Below, piece by piece: positions 29,235 to 42,823 of a stretch of 64,000 nucleotides of DNA. Numbering within the stretch: the stretch's first letter is position 1; every line of letters starts with the position of its first letter. The notes beneath the pieces are model-generated. The model was not told the DNA's origin, searched no databases, and saw nothing but the letters and a program-made list of their open reading frames with translations. The DNA comes from Eledone cirrhosa (taxonomy: Eukaryota). The stretch lies in NCBI GenBank assembly GCA_964016885.1, contig CAXHJY010001412.1, positions 1 to 64,000 on the forward strand, given 5' to 3'. The position numbers were made by a program, and so were the translations under genes.

Positions 29235-32200
29235 CATCATCATCTTTTAACGTCCATCTTCCACGCTTGCATGGGTTTGGACGGGAATTTTCCCACTTGA
29301 GGCAAGATTGGTCGTCTTGCTCGTATAGGACTGTCTGGCGGGTTTTCTACGGCTGTATGCCCTTCCTAACACCAACCACGTTTACAGTGTGGACTGGGAG
29401 GTTTTTACCGTGTTACCTACACGGTCACATTACAGCGTGGACTGTGTGTTTTTTTTGTCGTGACACCTACACGACCTCATTTGTTTCGGACTGGATGTTG
29501 TGGTACCAACATAACTTTACATTGAAAGGGGTGGTGTGGATGGGGTGGGGGTAGTGGGACTGGGGTGTATTTTTATTAGAGGTGCCTACTGACTGTAGGT
29601 TTCGCTTTGTACTTAGGCAAGGCAGGTCTTCTGTATTACTGTGTAACGCCAAAGATCTCGGTCCAGTGACATTGTCTTGGAGAGGTGTAATTGTGTGAGG
29701 TTGGAATTTATCAAGTCGTTCCAGGTTTTTCTGGGTCTGCCTACTCCATGGCTACCGTCTATTTTTATCGCCCTGCACTTTTTTATACAGCTGTCGTCTT
29801 TCATGCGCATCACATGACCGTACCAACGTAGTCTTCTCTCGAGTAAACAACATCTGATCCCTTTTATTCCTAATTTCTCCCTTAGTTCGTTTATGCTTTG
29901 CCGTTCACATATATTACTATTCCACATCCAGCGGAGCATGCAAGCTTCGTTCCTCTCCAGTCTGCATATATCCTCTGCACACAAGGCCCATGTCTCACTG
30001 CCATGTAACATTGCTGTTCATATGCAGGCATCATACAGCCTGCCTTTCATTTTTAGAGATAACTCTTTAGCAGCCAATAGTGGTATAAGTTCTCTGAACT
30101 TTTCCATCCCGTTCTGACTCTAGCTACTGTACTTTCAGAGTACCCTCCACCACTGGTGATTTTGTAACCCAGGTAACGGAAGGTGTCCACTATTTCTATA
30201 GAACCATCTGTGCAATGGAATGAGCTAGTATTCTGTCGGCACTTGCTGCTACTTATTGCACCAGAGCACCGGCCACATATAAAATCTATATTTTTAGTTA
30301 GCTTACCTGTGATCCCACTACATCTTTTATGCACCCATACTTTGCATTTGGGACATAAAATGGAGTTTCTGCCTACTCCTTTCCTACACACTGAGCATGG
30401 CCATTTCCCAGATGGGACTGGTGCCCTATTTTCCTTCCTACAAACTAGAACTTTAGTCTTAGACAGGTTAATTTTAAGGCCTTTTGATTCTCGGCCATGC
30501 TTCCATGTTTGGAATTTCTTCTCTAGTTCGGCCATTGATTCAGCTATGAGCGTTAGATCATCTGCGTATAGGAGTTCCCATGGGCAGCCGGTCTTGAACT
30601 CCTCTGTTATAGCCTGAAGCGCAATAATAAATAGGAGGGGGCTAAGAACGGAGCCCTGATGAACACCAACTTTTACGCTAAACTCTTCACTATATTCGTT
30701 GTTAATTCTAACCTTGCTGACTGTTTCTTTATACATGGCTTGTATAGCTCTCACAAGCCATTCATCAACACCTAGTTTTCTAAGAGCCCACCAGATAATG
30801 GAGCGGGGGACTGTCAAAAGCTTTCTCCAAGTCAACAAAAGCTAAGTATAGGGGTTTACTTTTCGCTAGGTACTTCTCCTGTAGTTGCCGTACAATGAAA
30901 AGAGCTTCTGTGGTACTTTTACCTGACACAAACCCGAACGCATTTCATCTAGATCAATTCGCTCTCTGATTAGTTGCGCTATTACTTTTTCTGTGACCTT
31001 CATGACCTGGTCGATTAATTTAATGCCTCTATAGTTACTCCTATCTAGGGCATCTCCTTTACCCTTGTAGCAGTTAATGATGATGCTGCTACGCCAGTCC
31101 TTCGGAACGACCCCATTCTGTATGACTTGGTTTACTATCCGGGTGACCATAGTGTGTCCCACCGTTCCAGATGCTTTCAGCATTTCAGCAACTATTTCCG
31201 AAGGCCCAGCCGCCTTACCCGTCTTCATATCTTTGATTGCCTTACTTATTATACTACCTTCAACTAGCACTGCTGGTCCCTCTATTGGATCAATGTGGAG
31301 CAGACTGTCTTTCTCCCAATTATTCCCCTCATTTAGTAGCCTTTCGTAGTGACACTTCCAAGCTACCTTCTTATCAGCATCAGTGATGGCAAGTACATCA
31401 TCATCATTAAGGACACACTTCTCCCCGACAATATCACTGTTTTCCTTGACGCATTGCCTAGCAATCCTGAACACCTCACGTTTTCGGTCCTCGCATTGTA
31501 GAACATGCTTGAACTTTCTTTCCTCTGCTTCCCTTCTTGCGAAGTACACTCGTCTCCTAGCTTCCCTCCTGGCCACTTGATAGTCTTCTCTACTTCCCCT
31601 ATCCCGCCATACTTTCCAAGCCTGCTTTTTGGCCTTAATTGACTCCTCCACCTTACTATTCCACCACCACGTTACTCTCCTCCTGCCTATAGGCCTACTC
31701 CAGCCACAGACATCATCTGCCGCCTTCAGCAGGTTAGCTTTCAGGAATTCCCACTGTTCCTCTATATTGTACGACTAATTGCTCTTCCTTACTGTCAAAA
31801 GCATCAAGTAATATGCTTTTAAATTTATTACTGGCTGTGGGGCCCTTTAGCTTCCATATTTTTCTCCTGAGGATAGTCTTCCTCTGTTGTCGAGTACGTG
31901 TTGTCCTGACTATGCGGTCGCTGACTATGAGTATGTTGGGAGGTGCGTTCTTCGTGGGGGAGGGATTTAGTGTTTACAACAGACACTATATCACGTCTTC
32001 TGGTAAGGATATAATCTATCTGACTGGCGTGTTCCCCTGATCTATAGGTGATCAAGTGATTGTCTTGTTTTTTGAAGTTAGTGTTACAGATAGGTTATTT
32101 GCGTCACAGAATTCCAGGATTCTGGAGCCTTCCTCATTTCTAGTACCAAACCCATAGCCTCCATGGATTCCGTCATAGCCATCACAATGTTGTCCAACGT

Positions 32201-33290
32201 GACCGTTTAGGTCGGCAGCAATAATTATGTAGTCACTGTCGGTTATTTGGGAGGTAGTGAGCATCAATGTCTCATAGAATCTGTCTTTTATAATGCCAGG
32301 CAGTCCGGATTGGGGTGCGTACGCAAATATTACTGTCACAGTAGTTCTATTTAGGACAAGTCTTATTTTAATTATTCTGTCGTTCACTCTATTTACGTCT
32401 ATTATCTTATCTACCCATTTTCTGCTAACATGATTCCTACCCCACCCAGAAAAGCTTATAGCATCGTTTTTTACCCACAATGAATCTAGCCGACCTACCC
32501 CTCCACCTGGTCTCTTGGATACAGCAAACATCAACCTCCTTACGTTCAAGCATTTCTACAACCTTGTTAGAGCGACCTTTTAAGGTGCCTACATTCATGG
32601 TACCAACTCTGAAGTTTTGGATTGCGTTTGGTGGGTGGGAACGGTGGGGCGCGGGGAGGGGGCTGGGGTTATGTTGGCCATCCACGGCCGAAATAAAGAG
32701 GAGGAGTCTTTGCCTTTTCGTCCGGCAGCATGAGGTGAATTTGTCTTTATCTTTGGCATTGTCACTGAGTGTCAGATTTTCAGACTCTCCAGAATTCCCT
32801 AGTCCATCCATCATATCAAAAGGCAACCAGAAGAAGTGATAGCATAGGCTGCTGACTTATGATTGGTCTAAATAATAATGGTGGCGAGTGGGGGCGGGTG
32901 GGAGGGGTATGGGTAGTTAACGAGAAGGTTTAAATAAAATCCTCGAATTTTGGGCATAATTGGACAAGCATATAACAGTAATAAGCGAATAGTGGGATTT
33001 TAAAATACAAGAAGATTATTTAGAACAACCAGACAGAATTATAGAATAGCATTGAAAAAGAGCAAGGATTCTGGGCGATGATACGGATATATGGATGGAC
33101 CGGGAAGATGGAGAGACAAGAAAAATGGCATTTTACATTACATTTCACAGGAGAGCGAGCAGTGTGACCATTAATAAGATTTGACAAATTCTGAGATTCG
33201 TACCTTGTAACAGGTTTGAGATTGTTATTTTAGAAAAACAAACGAGAAGGTTATAAAACATCAGAATTTTCGGCCAAAATTAAACAAACA
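29235..33290 (-). mobile_element. Near full-length but disabled RTE-clade LINE (APE endonuclease, RT, PHD-like finger)
   Basis: ORF pieces 32437-32826 (GTMNVGTL, DVCCIQETRW), 32052-32549 (AYAPQ, DLNGHVG), 31828-32055 (SQIDYIL), 30866-31651, 30053-30838 (YADD) and 29613-30011; (GAT)n tail at 29235. 5' boundary uncertain. Confidence 0.93.
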
Positions 33291-34289
33291 CACTATGTAT
33301 TAATCCTAAAAAATACATACCTAAATGCAAACATCATTTAATGTCTATTTGTTCATGTTCACAGACACATCTTTACCTAATTTAACTGGAAGCCAGGTTT
33401 TAAAGCAAGAAATTAACAAGAAAGCAAGATGACTGTTTTGATTTTAGTGTAACTCAATGTCTTCCCACCACAATAGTTTTATTATCATACCTATACATAT
33501 GTAATGAACTCATTTTACAAGTGTTGCACTTAGAATTTAAAACAGTTGAGGACCTTAACAAGAATGACAGGTTATTATTATTATCATTCAATGGTTGATA
33601 AAAAAAAAAGATCCAGTTGTATAACAAAGTAACTTAAAAAATTATGATCAATAAAAATATTTTTCCTGAGATTAATTTCTTCTTCAATCTGGAACAAAGA
33701 GTATATTGATTCTATTAATAAAACTGAAGCTCACTGGTTGCCCAGCAATGCTTAATTAGATAAACATATGGGATTTTTGATAAAATGAATTTAACCTAAG
33801 TTAACAGCACAAGTAGGAGAGGCTAGATGATAGAATGCATAGGGTACCAGTCACACAACCAAGTCATCAGTGGTCTATATTCTGTTACAAGCACATTCAT
33901 TCTCAAATTTATAGTAACCTTATGTGAGTGTATGTGTATTTGCATGTTTATACTTATATACTCATACATATAAATGTATACATATGCAGGTTAGTTGCAG
34001 ATAGTTTATCCACAAAAATGTTTGTAATTAAAGAATTATTAAATTAGTCTATTTATTTCATATTATATTTGCTGATTTATTTTTTATTATTTTTGTAGAT
34101 GCTTGAAGTTGGTGAGGTGGTTTGATTTAAAAAAAACTGGGGATCCTTGGACTAGAGATTATATATGATAAACAAGTTGCATCTTTATTGATATTGTTTA
34201 TTTTACTTCATGTATGTTCCCTTGTTGAACTAAGAGGTAATGATTGTTAGCTTTTATTAGTAGTGGTTACAAGGATGATGATGATGATG

Positions 34290-34719
34290 ATGTTCTACAA
34301 CAGTTTAAAAGTGTTTATATTTATCTAAAAACCTTTCATCATAATTTTATGTAGGAATCTTTATTAAAATATGTTAATAATGGTTTCTTATATAGGCACA
34401 AGGCCAGCAATTTTGGGGAAGGGGAAAGTCGATTATATCGACCCCAGTACGTGACTGGTACTTTATTTTATCAACCCCATAAGGATGAAAGGCAAAGTGA
34501 AACTCGGCAGGATTTGAACTCAGACTATAAAGCGGCGTAACTCTATACTGCAAAGCATGGCATCCGACCTTCTACCAATACTGCCAATCCCCCACCTTCA
34601 AATATGTTAATAATGAGAATGTTAGTTACTATATATCTCCAAATTTTTGATTATTTTCAAAATGATTTCAAAATCATAGGCAGTATCTTTCCTTAGAAAT
34701 ATGGTAATGAAAAGTTAAT
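34290..34719. mobile_element. Degenerate MITE-like relic with TTAA-type end, interrupted by a SINE
   Basis: Shares sequence with 36583-36828 (inverted) and 40194-40290 (starts TTAACCCTTT); boundaries approximate. Confidence 0.45.
34383..34599 (-). mobile_element. tRNA-headed SINE, family 1
   Basis: Reverse complement of the family 1 sequence; 16-bp TSD AAATATGTTAATAATG at 34367 and 34600. Confidence 0.88.
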
Positions 34720-34897
34720 ATTTAGTAAAATTTATTGAACTGCTCCCCCATTATCAATCTCCTCCCACTATCACCCCATATATGTCTACCTAATCTGAAT
34801 ATGGGAATTACATGCACAGTTAATTTTTATTTTTTTACCAAAGTGACAATTTACAATTAGCTGAAGAGAAATTTTCCAAAATCTGTATCATTTCACT

Positions 34898-35908
34898 ATC
34901 ATCATCATCACCGTTTTACGTCCATTCTTCCACGCTAGCATGGGTTAGACGGATTGTCCTGTCATGGGCAGTGTCTGGTCGGCTGACCTTGTTTTGCTCA
35001 TACGGGAACTGATTCTGGCTTGATTTCTACAGCTGGATGCCCTTCCTAACACCAACCTCATTTACAGTGTGGACTGGGTGCTTTTTTTCCGTGACACCTA
35101 CACGTCCACTTTACAGTGGGAGGGGGTGGGGGCATATTGTCTATATGCTTCAGCTTCAGCTTGTACCGTTGGGGTGGTTGGGTCTTCTACATTACTGCGT
35201 GATGCCAGACTTCTCGGTCCTGTGTTATCGCCTTTGAGAGGTGCAATTGGGTAAGGTCGGCTTTTTTCACCCCATCCCAAGTCTTCCTGAGTCTCACCAC
35301 TCTGCGGCTTCCATCGACTTCTAGTGCTTTGCACCTTTTTATACAGCTGTCGTCCTTCATACGCATCACATGTCTATACCAACGTAATCCTCTCCTGCAC
35401 ACAGCATTTGATTCCTCTTATGCTCAGACTCTCTCTCAATTCGTTTATGCTTTGCTGTTCGCATATATTACTATTACACTTCCATTGGAACATGCAAGCT
35501 TCGTTTCTTTCCAGTCTATGCAACTCTACACACAACGCCCAGGTCTCACTACCATGTAACATTGCTGTTCATATGCATGCATCATACAGTCTGCCTTTCA
35601 TTTTGAGGGAAAAGCCTTTTGCAGCTAGCAGTGGTAGTAGCTCCCTGAACTTCTTCCATCCCGTTCTTACTCTGGCTACTGTACTTTCAGAACACCCATC
35701 TCTGCTGCTAATTCGGTCACCTAGGTAGCAGAAGCTGTCTACTGTTTCTACAGAGCCCTCCCAGAATTTGGTAGCGTTTGTTTCCTGTGGCTGTTTGCTG
35801 CTTGCTGTCTTGGTGCAGCTGCTACATTCTTAGATAAGCTTCTTGAGATCCCACTACATCTCTTGTGTACCCAGAATTTGGATTTGAGACAGAGGATGGA
35901 ATTTCTAT
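34898..35908 (-). mobile_element. RTE LINE 3' fragment (same subfamily as 23292-25746)
   Basis: (CAT)n tail on +, LHGSETW and LRWYRHV peptides, 3' UTR matches 25330-25746. Confidence 0.92.
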
Positions 35909-36259
35909 TTGTTTGTAGATCCTAATTAACAACAATCAAACTAGAAAGTAATTTACATTTTCTTAATGATAAAGTAAATTATTTTCTGGTTAACCCATGC
36001 TAGCATGGAAGGTAGACGTTAAACGATGATGATGATAATTTATCTTAATGATAAAGAAAGCTACCTTTGAATGAAGAGAATCTCAAATACTTAGGCATCA
36101 AGTACTTTGTGATGACTCCTACCACGAAGTGGTTTTAAGTTCAAACATTTATTCTTCCAAGAAATAAATACCAAAAATATCTGAACCGTTGAAGAATATT
36201 TCAATAAATGTATTATTTGTTTGTCTCTTTTTACATAAAGATATATTAACGCTTTCAAA

Positions 36260-36575
36260 TAAAGTAATGATCAGAGAGTCACTCCAAATAGAGCCACTAT
36301 TTCTCCGAATTGAGATATTACAGCTGCAATACTATGGGCATGTGGTTATAATGTCTCAGGAAAGAATCGCTGGACAGATTTTACTGACAAAATCAACCGG
36401 CAGGAGACCAGGGGTAGACCCTGAGCAAGATGGTTGGATAACATCGATGAGTTTGGCTGGTCACACTTGGAGATCCAGCTGGATCAGTTGGAGATGGTTG
36501 CTTCTGAAAAGACCCACAGGAAGGAGTGTTTGAGGACTCTTCCCCCATGACCCTCTCAGGAATTAATGGGAGAAG
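36260..36575 (+). mobile_element. 3' end of a different RTE-clade LINE
   Basis: IRESLQIEPLFLRIEILQLQYYGHVVIMSQERIAGQILLTKSTGRRP is a typical RTE C-terminus. Confidence 0.75.
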
Positions 36576-36582
36576 AAAAAGA

Positions 36583-36828
36583 TTACTATATTTCCAATGA
36601 AAGACATTGCCTTTGATTTTCCAATCATTGTGAAAATAACCAATTTAGATGTATTTTTGTTATATGGCTTTTTCATTATTTTGTTGGTGTTTGGACTTTA
36701 GCTTAATAATGATTATTACACCAAATTATGATACAAGGTATTAGATAAATATAAACACTTTAAAATAAACATTAGCATACAATAGAACTAAGAACAGTTT
36801 CAGTCAGTTTGGTAGCAAAAGAATTAAA
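36583..36828. mobile_element. Degenerate MITE-like relic
   Basis: Inverted similarity to 34290-34719; ends AAAAGAATTAA. Confidence 0.4.
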
Positions 36829-37029
36829 AAGACTTCAGTGTTAACCCTTACTCCTCTCCCAAGAATTAATGTAAGTAGAGAAGTTAGCTCCTAAAGTCTC
36901 TCCAGACTTTTAAGCTGGAGTTTAAACTTAACTTTAAAACAAATTTCTTGCAGAATTCAAACGTGAAATTAATGATTAGGTTTTAAGAAAAGCTTGCCTG
37001 TGATATAAAGCTTTCCCAGTCTGAGGTGG

Positions 37030-38245
37030 TTGACAGCTTCTGCTACCTAGTAGAAGAGGGTGTTCTGAGAGCATAGTAGTTAGAATAAAGACAGGATGGA
37101 AGTTTAGAGAGCTACTACCTCTGTTGACAACAAAGGGTCTCATCCTATGAATGAAAGGTCGGCTGTAAGACAACTGTCTGCAAAGTGTGATGCTGCATGG
37201 TAATGAGACATGAGCAGTGAATGCAGAGGATATGTGATGACTAGAGAGAAATGAAGCAAGCTTTGATGGATACACATTTTATGTATGTTTTCCATACCGG
37301 TATTGATGGAATGGATGGGCTGTTAATTTATGAAACTAGACAAGTCAGATGATCATGTTTTGGTCATACACTCCATTTTGGTAAGGTGTCTATGGCTGGA
37401 TGCGCTTCCTAATGCTCACCAGTTTACATTGTGCACTGGGTGCATTTTATCATAGCACCAGCATTACCACTTTATAGAGTGCACTGCATGTTTTTTTTTA
37501 TTGTGGCACCAGCATGACCACTTTACAGAGGGGACCAGGTGCTTTTCATTGTGACATCAATACTAGCACTTTACAGAGTGTACTGAGTGCATTTTATGGT
37601 ACCAACACTAGGGTGATTGTTATGTCCTTGACCAAGCTAGAAACCTTATATTTTTAAACCTAGCAAAGACTGCATAAGCCTTCCTCTTGTAATTGTTGAG
37701 TTGACCCCATTAGACTATTTTAAAATGGTACAATGGATGATTGGAGCTAGTATGGTACGTGACAACCTTTCTAGTGTTGAATCCACTATAAAGGCATCCA
37801 GTATACTCTGTAAAGCAGTTGCTATTTGAATACTAACAACATAGGACAGAATGGACTTCAGTTATGTCAAAGACATAACCTTTCTAGTGTTGGTACTACA
37901 ATAAAATGCACCTAGTACACTCTGCAAAGTGGTCGGCATTACAAAGAGCATCCAGCCCTAGAAACAATATCACAATGGGTAGAGAGGACTCTTTGGTTGC
38001 ATCAAAGGCAAGACAACCTCTCTGGTGCTATAATAAAATGCACCCAGTACACTCTGTAAAGTGATTAGCATTAGGAAGGGTATCCAACCATTGAAACCGT
38101 GCCAAAATGGAACGTATTTGAACGAGATGTTTCATCCAGCGTAGGAGTTGGATGAAATCAAAGCTTCTGTTTTCATAGACAATAGCTCTAATTAAGTACA
38201 GACTTGGTTTGTAACACCCCATCCAACCCATGCCAGAATGGAAAA
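37030..38245. mobile_element. Cluster of decayed RTE fragments (coding remnant on + at 37030-37275; 3' UTR pieces on both strands)
   Basis: GWKFRELLPLLTTKG-like remnant, CACTTTACAGAGTGTACTG repeats, TTAGGAAGGGTATCCA motif. Confidence 0.65.
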
Positions 38246-39225
38246 ATAGATATACAATAAGTTCAATAGTAGATAGGAAGGAATGTGCTGAAAGAGTAAC
38301 TCCAAATTTGAAGGATGAAAAAATTAGGAAAATTGTTTGGCATGTGATCTAGGAAGTAAGGCATTGTATGAACATTAAAAAGATAAGAACTCTTTAATAA
38401 GAAATGATCTAGATCAGAAACCCTTGACCCCTTATCAACTTCAGGCATCTACAAAAATTAAGTAAATAAATCAGTAAAGAGAATATAAAATAATTAGACA
38501 GTGTATTTTTTTGTACTATTTTATGTATCTTCATTTCTTATACAAATATCAGATTTTGGTACAAATGTTCAACAAAAAAAAACATCCAAGGCCCTGACCG
38601 AGATTGAAGCATCATCAAAGGAAAAAAACAAGCAATGTAGTAATAGTTGGTATAGAGAGGGAAAGTTGAAAGAATTTCACAGAACCATAGAGACTGGTGA
38701 TTAATCTCCCTGATGACATTTTATTGTACATATCAAATAATTCAAAGATCATGAAGAAGAATGAAAAAAAAATCCTTATTTTTCTAAGTACACTCCTGGT
38801 GGTGGAGAAATGTCAGCAGATGCAAATTGGGTGTTCACAGTAAGAGTAATGTTTGTATGATTTTATTTATTGTAGAGCTGAGCAATGGGAGTGAGATTGG
38901 GTGGATGATGCCATCAGAATAGTAATAGCTGGTTGGGAGACAGAGAAAGGTTATTCATGTAGAAGAGAAAGAGTGAAGAGTGTTGGAAAGATTTGGTATC
39001 AAAAAGGTTATGTAATGACTGAAGTGATGAATTAGTAGCAATGAAGATTAGATAGGTAACCAATCAGTCAAAATATTGGGAACTCATATTGGTGGGTGTT
39101 GTGACAGAAACTAAATTCAATGTCTTATAATTACTAGTCATTTGTAACTTTCTCCATTTCAGCAAAACTTGCCTTCCTACACTATCTTCAAATATACAAG
39201 ATTCATGCTACAGCTTTATCAGACA

Positions 39226-40150
39226 CTAGCAGTAAAGCCCGGCGTTGCTCGGGGTCGCTCAGTAGCTGTGTTAAAGTTACAATGTTAAGTTTCTTTTTTG
39301 GCTTAAAAACTGTAGTGTCTACTGTGCAGACTTGCATGTGGTGTTTTTGATTAATATTCCCTCAACCAACAATATGCCTTATGAAGTTAAGAAAACATAA
39401 CGATAACCCGAATGTTATAACAAAAGAGGATGCTGGGGATAGAAACTGCACTGGTTATTTATTAACAAAGATCGAAAATGTAAACACTGCAACGCAGAGA
39501 AAAACATTAGCGTAACCAAATTATCAGTTATGTCTGTCTGCACGCCTATATCACCTCTCTGCACGACTGTCTGTCTGCACGCCCATATCACCTCTCTGCA
39601 CGACTGTGTCTGCACGCCTATATCACCTCTCTGCACGACTATCTGTCTGCACGCGTATATCACCTCTCTGCACGACTGTCTGTCTGCACGACTGTCTGTC
39701 TGCACGCCTAACGACGAAATATTTGCTTGTTTTACGTAGTCTTTAAATAGACTTGTTTTCAAGTAAAAATATTGTTTTAAAATGCTTTTAAATGGAAATG
39801 AAGCAAAACGGAAGCTTAGTGTTCGAACTGATGAATTTTGCAGGTCAATATTTTGCTATGTCATTTTAAACGCTGAGAAAGTCAGCGTAATTTTTTACGT
39901 AAGACGCTCAATGTAAACAGAACAAAGGGAAATAACTGATAACTTACGCTCAAAAATCGATACATTATATTCGATTTCGTCACATAGGGTGGGTCAATTT
40001 GAAATATTTTTTTTCCGATGTCTTCGCTAGGGCTCAATGTACAAGTATAGCAATTTCGGTGCAATTCCGTGAGAGATTCTAAGAGGAGATGTGTGCCAAA
40101 AATCGATAGACAGACAGACAACCACAGTTTTATATATATATATATATAGA
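39226..40150 (-). mobile_element. Non-autonomous Helitron (925 bp)
   Basis: Minus strand begins A|TCTATATAT...GTTGTCTGTCTGTC and ends CCCGAGCAACGCCGGG-CTTTACTG-CTAG|T: TC start, subterminal hairpin, CTAG end, inserted between A and T with no TSD. Confidence 0.88.
39531..39709. repeat. ~37-bp minisatellite inside the Helitron
   Basis: TGTCTGTCTGCACGCCTATATCACCTCTCTGCACGAC repeated about four times plus partial units. Confidence 0.92.
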
Positions 40151-40763
40151 TTGTCAAGAACTGAAATCAGAAATACAGCAATTTGGGCATAATTTAACCC
40201 TTTTGGAGTTGCCTCTGATTCTATGACAAAAATGTTTATTTTAAAAGTTTTTATATTTATCTAAAAACCTTCCATCATAATTATATGTAAGAACTGCTTA
40301 TATAACCGTGTACATACATCCAAAAGATGTGAGCATCATAGGAACCCACATTGGCACATACAGATATAGTACCACATTGGCACATACAGAACCACATTGG
40401 CAAATACAGATATAGTACCAACATATACAAATATAAAGACTCACATTATCTTCCTTTCTTTCTTTTAACCTAATATCTAATATCAGCTGAGAATTTTAAC
40501 AACTTATAGACATACAGTAACTATTGATGAGAGAGAGAGAGTAGAGAAAAGAAGGTAGGAAGTGTGTGTTTGAACATGAGTGAGGTCTATTGTCTAAATT
40601 TAACTTTGAAGCCACAAAGCTATCAGCTTTAATTGATAAGAATTAGCTCAACATTGAAGTTTTAGGTTAAGGAATGGTACAGTACCATCCCCCACTCACA
40701 CAATAACTCCTTCCTAATTCTTCTATGACCCACTATCTGTGAAAACTAGTGTACCATCTATAT

Positions 40764-40946
40764 AGTAGCAATTTATTTTTCTTGAATCATTGACATTTCT
40801 TCTTCTCTCTGTTACCTCTTATCCCTATTCTTATCAATATGAAATACTCTTATTCTTTATATAAACAGTAGCAATTTATTTTTCTTGAATCATTGACATT
40901 TCTTCTTCTCTCTGTTACCTCTTATCCCTATTCTTATCAGTATGAA
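40764..40946. repeat. Local direct duplication of ~80 bp, offset 103 bp
   Basis: agtagcaatttatttttcttgaatcattgac...cttatca(a/g)tatgaa at 40764 and 40867. Confidence 0.92.
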
Positions 40947-42457
40947 GCCTGCAGCTTCATTCCATCCTCTCTCCTCTGGCTATTATTGAATAGGTAACAT
41001 TGCACACTAAAATGGTCTGTTTGCCTCATAAATTATCAAGAAACATAATTCTTTTTAAAAACAGGTTTTTCCATAACCCTGAATGATCATGGTTTTATTT
41101 TTTATTCACTTTGGCCCACAAAAGATAAACATTTCCACTCCAAGAATATTTGGCAATCCTTACTTTATATGATATACACACCTGAAAGCCTCTCTATCAT
41201 TATATATATATATCCTTTATCATTTCCTGAAAAAGCTTATTTTTCCTTTAATTAACTCTTGACATCATGTGTCATATGAAATTACATTTGCAAATCATTC
41301 TTGAAAAGTAAAGTAAAAAACTCACAAACAAAAATCCACTACAACGGTATCACACATTAAAACAGTCTTTACTCTATTACAGATTCCATAAGCATTTCAA
41401 TTTAAAAAAAAAAAAGCGTTTTGTTTAGATATTTTCTGGTAAATAGCAGAAAAACCACCTTTCGGGTGGTTTTCTGCTAGCATGTGTAGTGTGTATATTG
41501 ATATTATACGCAAGTATATATGCATGTAGATATGATACATCAAATAAAATCGTAATTGACAATATACACAGAAATTGAACGAAGACTGCGTTACACTCTC
41601 TTATGTAATCATTAAAAAAAGACGATATTATATATAAACTGCATTAGGAGAAAATTAGTGACTTAGTGACGGAAATATACGAATGTTTATTTAAGCGATT
41701 GCTAACCGAAAGTGTTGACATTTGAAAGTTTTAAAGAAGTGAATCTTAAAATAAGTAACAAAATTATTTATATTTAATCAAGAATAACAAAATTTAGTAG
41801 ATAAATTATGTAATATTCATTCATTATTTATTCAAAGTAATCCAACTTATTTTACAAACGGGATAAAAAATATATATTTATTATAGTTTAGATTAAGAGT
41901 TAAACTTAGCTACTCCGTTTTCTGCCCAGAATCTTTTTTTTAATCATTCAACTTTAGCCTTCTTTTTAACGGTATACTTAATATGGGAGCTTCTAAGTAA
42001 TCACTAGAGCTACTGGAAATAGCAACCAAATCCCTCTCAAATCACTCAACCATCTTATGAATGGAAGGTCACATTAAACCAATATAGTTCTGGATGATCA
42101 TAATTGGAAAATAGTTCTGCTCAATAAATAACTATTGACTTTAATAGAAATGCATTTAAGATGTGATTATTAATGAAAACAAAATTAGAAAGCTGTGATT
42201 TTGTTTTAATTGCGTTGTGTAGTCAATCAAGTCTTTCTATAAATTATTCTAAATAAAGATTTATTGTACATAGCTAGTTTCATAAAGGAATATAGTAAAT
42301 AGAAGCAACTATTAGAATCAACTGTAATAAAGCCTGTTGTACACACACACATATATTCTTGGTGGTATTTCTTACTACTAGAGTGAGAGCAGTTTCAAAT
42401 GAGTAACCAATATAAATTAGTAGGGAATATATACCTTATTAACATTATTTAATTTAA

Positions 42458-42645
42458 GGGCGGTGGATTGGCAGTATCGGTAGAGGGTCAGACGCCATGC
42501 TTTGCAGCATAGTTACGTCCCTTTACGATCTGAGTTCAAATCCCGCCGAGGTTGACTTTGCCTTTCATCCTTACGGGGTCGATAAAATAAAGTACCAGTA
42601 ATGCACTGGGTAATTGCTGGCCTTGTGCCTAAAGTAGAAACAATT
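42458..42645 (+). mobile_element. tRNA-headed SINE, family 1
   Basis: Near-identical to 26209-26393; flanked by ATTATTTAATT repeats. Confidence 0.88.
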
Positions 42646-42676
42646 ATTTAATTAACCTTTACAAAAAAAAGGGTTA

Positions 42677-42823
42677 AATAATTGTTTCTACTTTTGGCAC
42701 AAGGCCAGCAATCATCCCAGTGCATTACTGGTACTTTATTTTATCGACCCCCGTAACGATGAAAGGCAAAGTTAACCTCGGCAGGATTTGAACTCCGAAC
42801 AGAAAGGGGCGTAACTCTGTGCT
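42677..42823 (-). mobile_element. tRNA-headed SINE, family 1 (5'-truncated), tail-to-tail with the previous copy
   Basis: Reverse-complement similarity to ~42505-42645. Confidence 0.85.

Noticed and set aside
34090-34120. Possible microexon (ttttgtag|ATGCTTGAAGTTG|gtgagg)
   Set aside because: Such motifs are expected by chance in 64 kb; this needs RNA-seq support.
41300-41720. Possible promoter or first exon (minus-strand GTAAGT donor near 41340, mild CpG enrichment, ACGGAAAT motif)
   Set aside because: Signals are too weak to support without transcript data.
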